Shown here piece by piece: positions 57,440-64,000 of a stretch of DNA of 64,000 bases (position 1 is the stretch's first letter; every line of letters starts with the position of its first letter). A program made the translations under genes and the position numbers. This DNA is from the human T2T-CHM13v2.0 reference genome, Homo sapiens. The notes under the pieces were generated by a model. That model saw nothing but the letters and a program-made list of their open reading frames with translations, did not search any database and had not been told where the DNA came from. The stretch lies in the NCBI RefSeq assembly GCF_009914755.1, contig NC_060928.1. The stretch is one strand, 5' to 3'.

Positions 57440-57750
57440 TAAGATGGGTTTTCTTTTGACTTTGTTTCGGTGTGAATTAAAGGTAAAATTAAACTCAACA
57501 ACGGTTTTTTTGAGGACATAAAGGGCCCTAAGAACGGAAGATCAGCAAAAGAAATCTCTTCTCAGAGAGTTTTCTGCTTGGACTAACTGGTGAATCAAGT
57601 CCTCAGATAGCTGCAGGTCAAGGTGACCCAAGCTAAGAGCTATTGGAGCCCTTACATAGGCTGGGAGAATCAAAGGAAGGGACGGTCCCTTCCAAATGAG
57701 TAAGCTGCTCTCTGGCATTTCATTTTGAATTAAAAATAAAATACCCTTTT

Positions 57751-57920
57751 AGCTGGGCATGGTGGCCATGCCTGTGGTCCCGCCTACTTCGAGGCTAAGG
57801 TGGGAGGATCACTTGAGTCTGGGAGTTTGAGTCTGCAGTGAGCCAAGATCGTGCCACAGTTTAGTTCTGGCATGACAGAGTGCCTGATGACAGAGTGAGA
57901 CTGTCTCAAAAAAATTAATA
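57751..57920 (+). mobile_element. Alu monomer (right arm/FRAM-like)
   Basis: Single Alu arm with a short tail. Confidence 0.75.
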
Positions 57921-58245
57921 CAAAAATATCTAAAGCTCAGTAATGCCATGCAAATAGCTCAGTGTTTCTTGTGTATCTAAGAAGACAAAAATATGTGAGT
58001 AAGCCCTTAGTCAGAAGTAGTTTGTCCACTGCATTCAAGATGAATCTTGGGCTTTATCGAAAGCTTTATTGTGCTTTATTGAAAACTTTGAAGCTGGAAA
58101 CAAGTTGACATCTCTAATATATTTGTCTTCAGTACCAAGACTGTGTAGTAGCTTGAGGAAACAACGTCTGTAACATCTGAGAATGGGTCCAGGTTCAAGT
58201 ACCTTTGAATGCGAGGAAAGAGAACTATGAGTTTGACCACAGTGA

Positions 58246-58644
<399 letters not shown>

Positions 58645-59849
58645 TAGTTTCAGGACAGGCAGGCCCTGATGTTGTTACTAACAGAAGGAGAGAGAATGGC
58701 TCAGTGCGGAACCTCTATCCTGGTTTTTGTCACAAAGGTGTGAAAAGCTGGCAATGGCCAGTAAGTAGAGGTTAAGGGCAGAGCCAGGCAGTCCTGATCG
58801 GAATCCTTTTCCCACTACTCTCTATTGTGTAATCTGGGGCAGTTTACTTCCTCCCTCTAAAATCCCATTTTCTTATCTGTAATCCAGGGCACAATTCCTT
58901 CACTATAGTTTAGTCATCAGGATTAAATGAGATAATGTAAAACAATTTAGCATAATTCCTGGTACAGGTGTCCAATACATAGTAGCTATGCATATTATCA
59001 TTATCAACAATAGGATAGGCATTTCATTCAATTGCTGTGATGGATTAACATGTGTGAGTTCTTTCTCTTGTCAGTTTATGCAATCATTTTTTCCCCTGAA
59101 CTAAAATCATTCTTTTATTGATATGTACTGTAATTATAAGAGCCATTTTCTAGTGGATGCATAGATTTAAGGCATAAAATATCCATTTGATAAATCTCTT
59201 AGGATTAAAATTTGACCTATGTTTAAAAAGGCTGATCCAGGATTTCTTCAGAAGTAACAGGCTTATTATTTTTCTGAGAGGGGGGCCTGGGTTTCCCCTG
59301 GGATGTAGTTTTTCCTCTCCTTCGTGGGCATAGGCGCACCCTGTGCCATCTGCTCTTCTGGGCTGAGAACCGGGATGGAAAGTGGGAGGCCTGCTCACTG
59401 CACTTGGGATGAGAGCCATGGATAGCCGTCGGGACACGTGAAAGAGTGACCGACAATGGGAGCAGCTGAAACAGAATCACCCTTGTTCACAAACCCACAC
59501 CACCCGATTTGTTTTGCTCTCTCCTCTTCGGCAGCCGTTCCACTGACTTTTCTCCACTAGGTAAAGTCATCCTGGTATTGGGGATTAATCCTCCTCAAGG
59601 GCTCTGGTAGTGATGAGAGCATGAAGCAGATACCACTAAGGCAAAGTCTGTGCTCAAGGAGAAGAAAGACACATTGGAAGTACCTGCCCTGGGCTGCAAA
59701 GCAAATTTATGTCATGTCCTCCTTATTAAGAAGCTGGAAATTATACACCAGTCAGACAGTAAATGTCCTGAGTTCACCCTCATAGGGATGAATTCTGCTT
59801 TCTAAGACAATTCTTTTGGTTTCAAAGAAAACTAGCAATCGTTCAGTCT

Positions 59850-60163
59850 TTTTATTTTTATTATTTATTCATTTATTTTTTGAGATGGAATCTCACTCTG
59901 TCGCCCAGGCTGGAGTGCAGTGGCACGATTCCGGCTCACCATAACCTCCGCCTCCCGTGTTGAAGCGATTCTCCTGCCTCAGCTTCCCACGTAGCTGGGA
60001 CTACAGGCGTGTGCCGCCATGCCCATCTAATTTTTGTATTTTTAGTAGAGACGGGGTTTCACTATGTTGGCCAGGCTAGTCTCGAACTCCTGACCTTGTG
60101 ATCCACCCGCTGTGGCCTCCCTAAGTGCTGGGATTACAGGCGTTGAGCCACCGTGCCCCGCCT
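59850..60163 (-). mobile_element. Alu (S-like)
   Basis: Antisense dimer, TSD gttcagtctttt. Confidence 0.9.
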
Positions 60164-60234
60164 TGTTCAGTCTTTTTAAAATGACAACTTCTAACTGGGC
60201 TGAGTTTGACTCTTCTCTGTTAGAAGGCAAATAC

Positions 60235-60540
60235 TGGCTGGGGGCAGTGGCTCACACCTGTAATCCCAGCACTTTGGGAAGCCGAGGCGGGCAGATCACG
60301 AAGTCAGGAGATCGAGACCATCCTGGCTAACAGAGTGAAACCCCGTCTCTACTAAAAATACAAAAAATTAGCCGGGCCTGGTGGCGGGCGCCTGTAGTCC
60401 CAGCTACTTGGGAGGCTGAGGCAGGAGAATGGCGTGAATCCTGGAGGCGGAGCTTGCAGTGAGCGCCGAGATCGCGCCACTGCACTCCAGCCTGGGGGAC
60501 AGAGCGAGGCTCCGTCTCAAAAAAAAAAAAAAAAAAAAAA
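60235..60540 (+). mobile_element. AluY
   Basis: Diagnostic gagatcgagaccatcctggctaac and ggcgtgaa..cttgcagtgagc; TSD agaaggcaaata. Confidence 0.9.
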
Positions 60541-61069
60541 GAAGGCAAATATTTATGCTTGCCTCCTCCCAGAAAACAACATTAAGCAGTTAATAGTAAA
60601 TCAAGTGTCCTGGACAAGCCATGTGAACGTCAGCTGTGTTTACAGCTGGGGTTCAAGGGGCGTGACAGAAGTCTATTTGCATAAGGTGCTAGGGAGCCTC
60701 ATGGGCGAGGACTCCCCTTAAGTGAGGTAGGAACCAGCCTCATGAGCCTAATCCTCAAATGAAGCTCAAGTAAGTTGTTAGGAGGAACATGCCTTGAACA
60801 TATTCTACCTCAAACGCACAGATGGGTGAACAAAATAAAACAAAGAGCTAGAAAAAAGCTGACAAAGTCGCTATTCCAATAGAACTCCCTATGGACCATT
60901 CTACTGAAGGGAAAGCCCAGGAGCTGGGGAACTGCTCAATATTTACAGTTGAGATGTGGGTACAGTTGAATTGTGGTTGGTAGTTTTGAGGAGAGCAGTT
61001 TTGACATGTAGCAAACTTGCAGTTCACATCCACAGAATAAATGTCGTGGGTTGGATTCTTTGGGAAGTA

Positions 61070-61239
61070 GTCAGCCACATCACAGCTCAACTTCTCCTTC
61101 TGCCCAATCCTTTCCCAGTAGGCGTCAATCCCAAAAGGCTAAGTCTTTGTCTACAAACGCCAAAGTTAATGCTTTTGGGATGAACGCCTACAGGGGAAGG
61201 ATTGGGCAGAAGAAGAAGTTGAGCTGTGATGTGGCTGAC
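61070..61239. repeat. Inverted repeat, 68-bp arms (61070-61137 / 61172-61239), 63/68 complementary
   Basis: Manual base-by-base alignment. Confidence 0.95.
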
Positions 61240-61342
61240 CTCCCAGGAGCTTTGCAGCTGGCCCAGCCCTTTGGAGTTGTCCCCACTTGGGCTTGGAGGC
61301 TGGAGTTTTATACTCCTATATCCACCAGTCATTGAATGCAGA

Positions 61343-61490
61343 TTGGGAACAGCCCTCAGCTGGTTAAAGACAACCATCTCAACCAAGGTCTTGGCCACTT
61401 CCCAGGGTCAATCTGCATTCAATGACCCTGGAAAGTGGGCAAGATCTTGGCTGTGATGGTTGTCTTTAGCCAGCTGAGGGTGGTTCCCAA
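61343..61490. repeat. Inverted repeat, 68-bp arms (61343-61410 / 61423-61490), 60/68 complementary
   Basis: Manual base-by-base alignment; 12-nt loop. Confidence 0.95.
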
Positions 61491-62034
61491 AGGGCTGAGA
61501 GCTGAGGGTTGTTGGAGGGCAGGGTGCCCAGCAGCAGTGGGAATGACTTCTCCAGCCCTGAAGCTGGGATTTGGGTCGTACAGCACTGTCTATTACAAAA
61601 GGACTACTTATCTTTTGAGAGACTAGTAGAATGTACTGAAGTACTGCTGACTTGGGGAAATAGATGTCAGTGTGGATTTTCAAAGCAAACTATAGTAACC
61701 CACACATCTGGGCATAAGGGACTACCTTGGTTTAAAGCTTAAGTGAAGTAGCAACAGGCTTTATGAGCCGAATCCTCAAATGAAGCTTGAGTAAGTTGTT
61801 AGGAGGAACATGCCTTCTCCAGCAGTTGGAGAATCAGGAGGTCACAGGACCCACTGTTCGTTACAGGGCCGTGCTACCAAACTTAAACCAAGTCAGACTA
61901 AAATGACTTGTTTTTTTTTTTTTGGTTCTCCCATTCTGAGAAGAGTGTTCCTTTTTCTCATACTGTGGTAAATAGTAAGTACTCTGTGTACTTCTAAGGT
62001 TGTATGGTGCTACAGTCATAATAACAGTAAGAAT

Positions 62035-62300
62035 AATCACAACCATAAGCAACATTTATTGAGTGGTACTATGTGCCAGCACTCTTCTAAATGCTTTACT
62101 TACAATTATATATTTGAAGGTCAAGTCCCTTTGTAATGGATGGTGCTGTGCCACCCAAATCCTACCATAACCCCTATGACATGGGTCATTTTATTACGCT
62201 CACTCTCAAGATGAGGAAACTGGGATACAGGGAGTTGAAATCGCTCTCCCATGGCTACATCGCCAATAAGTAGCAGTGCTAGGTTGCAAACTCAGGCATG
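62035..62300 (-). mobile_element. MIR, with a templated insert at ~62118-62162
   Basis: aacatttattgagtggtactatgtgccagcac...gatgaggaaactggg motifs. Confidence 0.7.
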
Positions 62301-64000
62301 AAAAGCAAAAGGGAAAAGGTTAGAATCAAAGCAAAGTGTTCTTTAAAAGAGATGGTCCCTGATGCCTTGAGAGCTGGTCACGTAAGGTTTCCCAAGCAAT
62401 GGCAGTGGGCATGACCAGCTGTCCTCTGCTGAAGTGGGCATGCTGTAGAACTGTGTCTGATCTATTCACAGCTACATCTCCTACTCTAGCCCCCTACCTG
62501 GCTCCTGGGGAAGCAGAGTCCCTTCGAAGCACTCAAAGAGAAATGTAATGAAGGATTAAATGAATGTACCAGAAGGATTGTTTTTAGAGTTAACACCCTG
62601 GGCAATTTACTTATTCTCTCCTGGCCTTGGTTTTTTCATCTATAGAAAGTAAATGATGACGGAGGGGTGGCATAAGTTTTGATCTATCATATAGTCTTGC
62701 GTAGCATTAACTCCCAATAAATAGAAGCTATTATTATTATTATTATTTCTCTCTACATGCTGGAGGGTGATAGTTGGCTTAAAAATTGCAAAGAAGAACT
62801 AAATATCTCATTCTTTTAGTCAACTTTGGAAGGCTTGACTACATTATCTCTAACGTTCTGTCTTAAAAGTAAGTATGGAATCCTAGATTTTGATGTTTTT
62901 TCAGGCATAATTTTTCAACAAAATAATTTGTACCAAAGTAAAAATGGAATTTCTCACTTCCATCCTGCCCTACTCTGTCCCCTTCCAATATTTTCCAGGC
63001 ACGTCTTGTTTTTATTACCCCTGCATTAACAGATCTACTTCAAGGAGCTCACCATGACCCAGGAAATGGAGGCTGACCAAAAATGGAGGAGAAGAGAGGA
63101 CAAAGAGACATAAAAGGAATTTTATGTTCTTTTTAAGGAGTCATTAAAGTAGCATAAAATAAAAAACCTTAAAATGCCACACAATGTCTTGTTTAGATAA
63201 GACTCAGGAAAGGTTTTCTATAGACATGGAGAAGGCAGAGGCAGCCTGGTTTTGACAGTTAACCCTGGGGTAGAATTGTGCTCAGAGGTCCTGTCAGTCA
63301 GCATTCAGTGGCATGCAGGAGAAACCACTTCAGTTATTTCATGCAGAAGAAGATTAAATCATGGAATGAGGGTGGATGGACTGGAGGAGCAGGTCCCAGG
63401 CTGGCCCTCCCCCAGCTACTAACAGAAGGACAATTCAAACCCGGCCTGGCAAAGGAACTCAAACTGGACACAACCAGGAAGTTGGAGAATCAGGAGGTCA
63501 TGGGGCCTATTGTTGGGTACAGGGTTATGTTACCTTAGCTGTGCATCTGGAATCAGGAAATCACTGCTTCCACTGCTGGCTCAGAAACATACCACCCAGG
63601 CTGAAGTCTAGGGATCAGGAAACTGGCTCCAACATGATGGACTCTGGAGCCATGATTTGCCTGCTAAAGCTGTGCCAGCAAGATAAGTATCTCCCTTCCC
63701 ACTTACACTAGCTTGAATTGGGGTCTTGCTCAAGTGCGTCTTCAGGTAAGTTAGGAAAAATGTGGTTTGTATTTTTCTAGCTTCTGCAGTGCAGAAAGAC
63801 ATGCCAGACATGTTGGAGTGGATGTTGAGCAAACCCGTCTACGATTTCTACTACTATAGTTTACCCAGTGGAAAATTAAAAGATTGGGATGGTGTCAGTT
63901 CTTCTTTTCTATTCTGCGTGTTGTTGTATGTAAGTGGAAGAATAGAATAGAAGTGTTTGTAATCAGAAACTACACAACATTCACCTTATCTTGATCCTCT

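Larger units (their letters stand above)
61042..61597 (-). mobile_element. LTR16-like (ERVL) solo LTR containing two inverted duplications
   Basis: Minus strand reads tgtaatagacagtgctgtacgacccaaatcc...TATAAAA (61306-61312)...cagctcaacttcttcttctgcccaatcc...aatccaacccacgaca, resembling the recalled LTR16C consensus. Confidence 0.7.

Noticed and set aside
59280-59560. Slightly CpG-richer unique stretch with a CACGTG
   Set aside because: Too few CpGs for an island and no exon or promoter evidence.
60848-61683. Shared peptides on opposite strands (EVVSHITAQLLLLPNP; SCDVAD)
   Set aside because: A by-product of the inverted duplications, not coding.

Overview
Human-type (primate) genomic DNA, not prokaryotic. 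Bases 923-~11953 (+) hold the last six coding exons, 3' UTR and poly(A) signal of GPAT3 (AGPAT9, glycerol-3-phosphate acyltransferase 3). The exons splice in frame through GT-AG junctions to 188 aa ending ...SKMIVGNGSLS*. The remaining ~52 kb is repeat-rich intergenic DNA: ~30 Alus, a near-full-length old L1, a THE1 provirus, a solo LTR7, MST/MLT/MER4/LTR16 LTRs, DNA-transposon relics, a Y3 RNA pseudogene and an AT-rich minisatellite. Apart from one ORF overlapping a GPAT3 exon, the ORF track is spurious or repeat-derived. The most unusual signal is a recurring footprint of short-range template switching (local templated copies). It is densest at 60.7-63.5 kb: two consecutive hairpins with 68-bp arms inside one LTR16-like LTR, plus three 39-79 bp copies of nearby sequence. 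Further cases lie at 33.1, 39.8-41.7, 46.9/48.6 and 52.0 kb. A divergent CTCF motif pair (46.1 and 50.9 kb) and a motif-dense candidate enhancer (24.7 kb) are also visible. Repeat family names come from recalled consensus sequences, and repeat boundaries are approximate unless TSDs are quoted.
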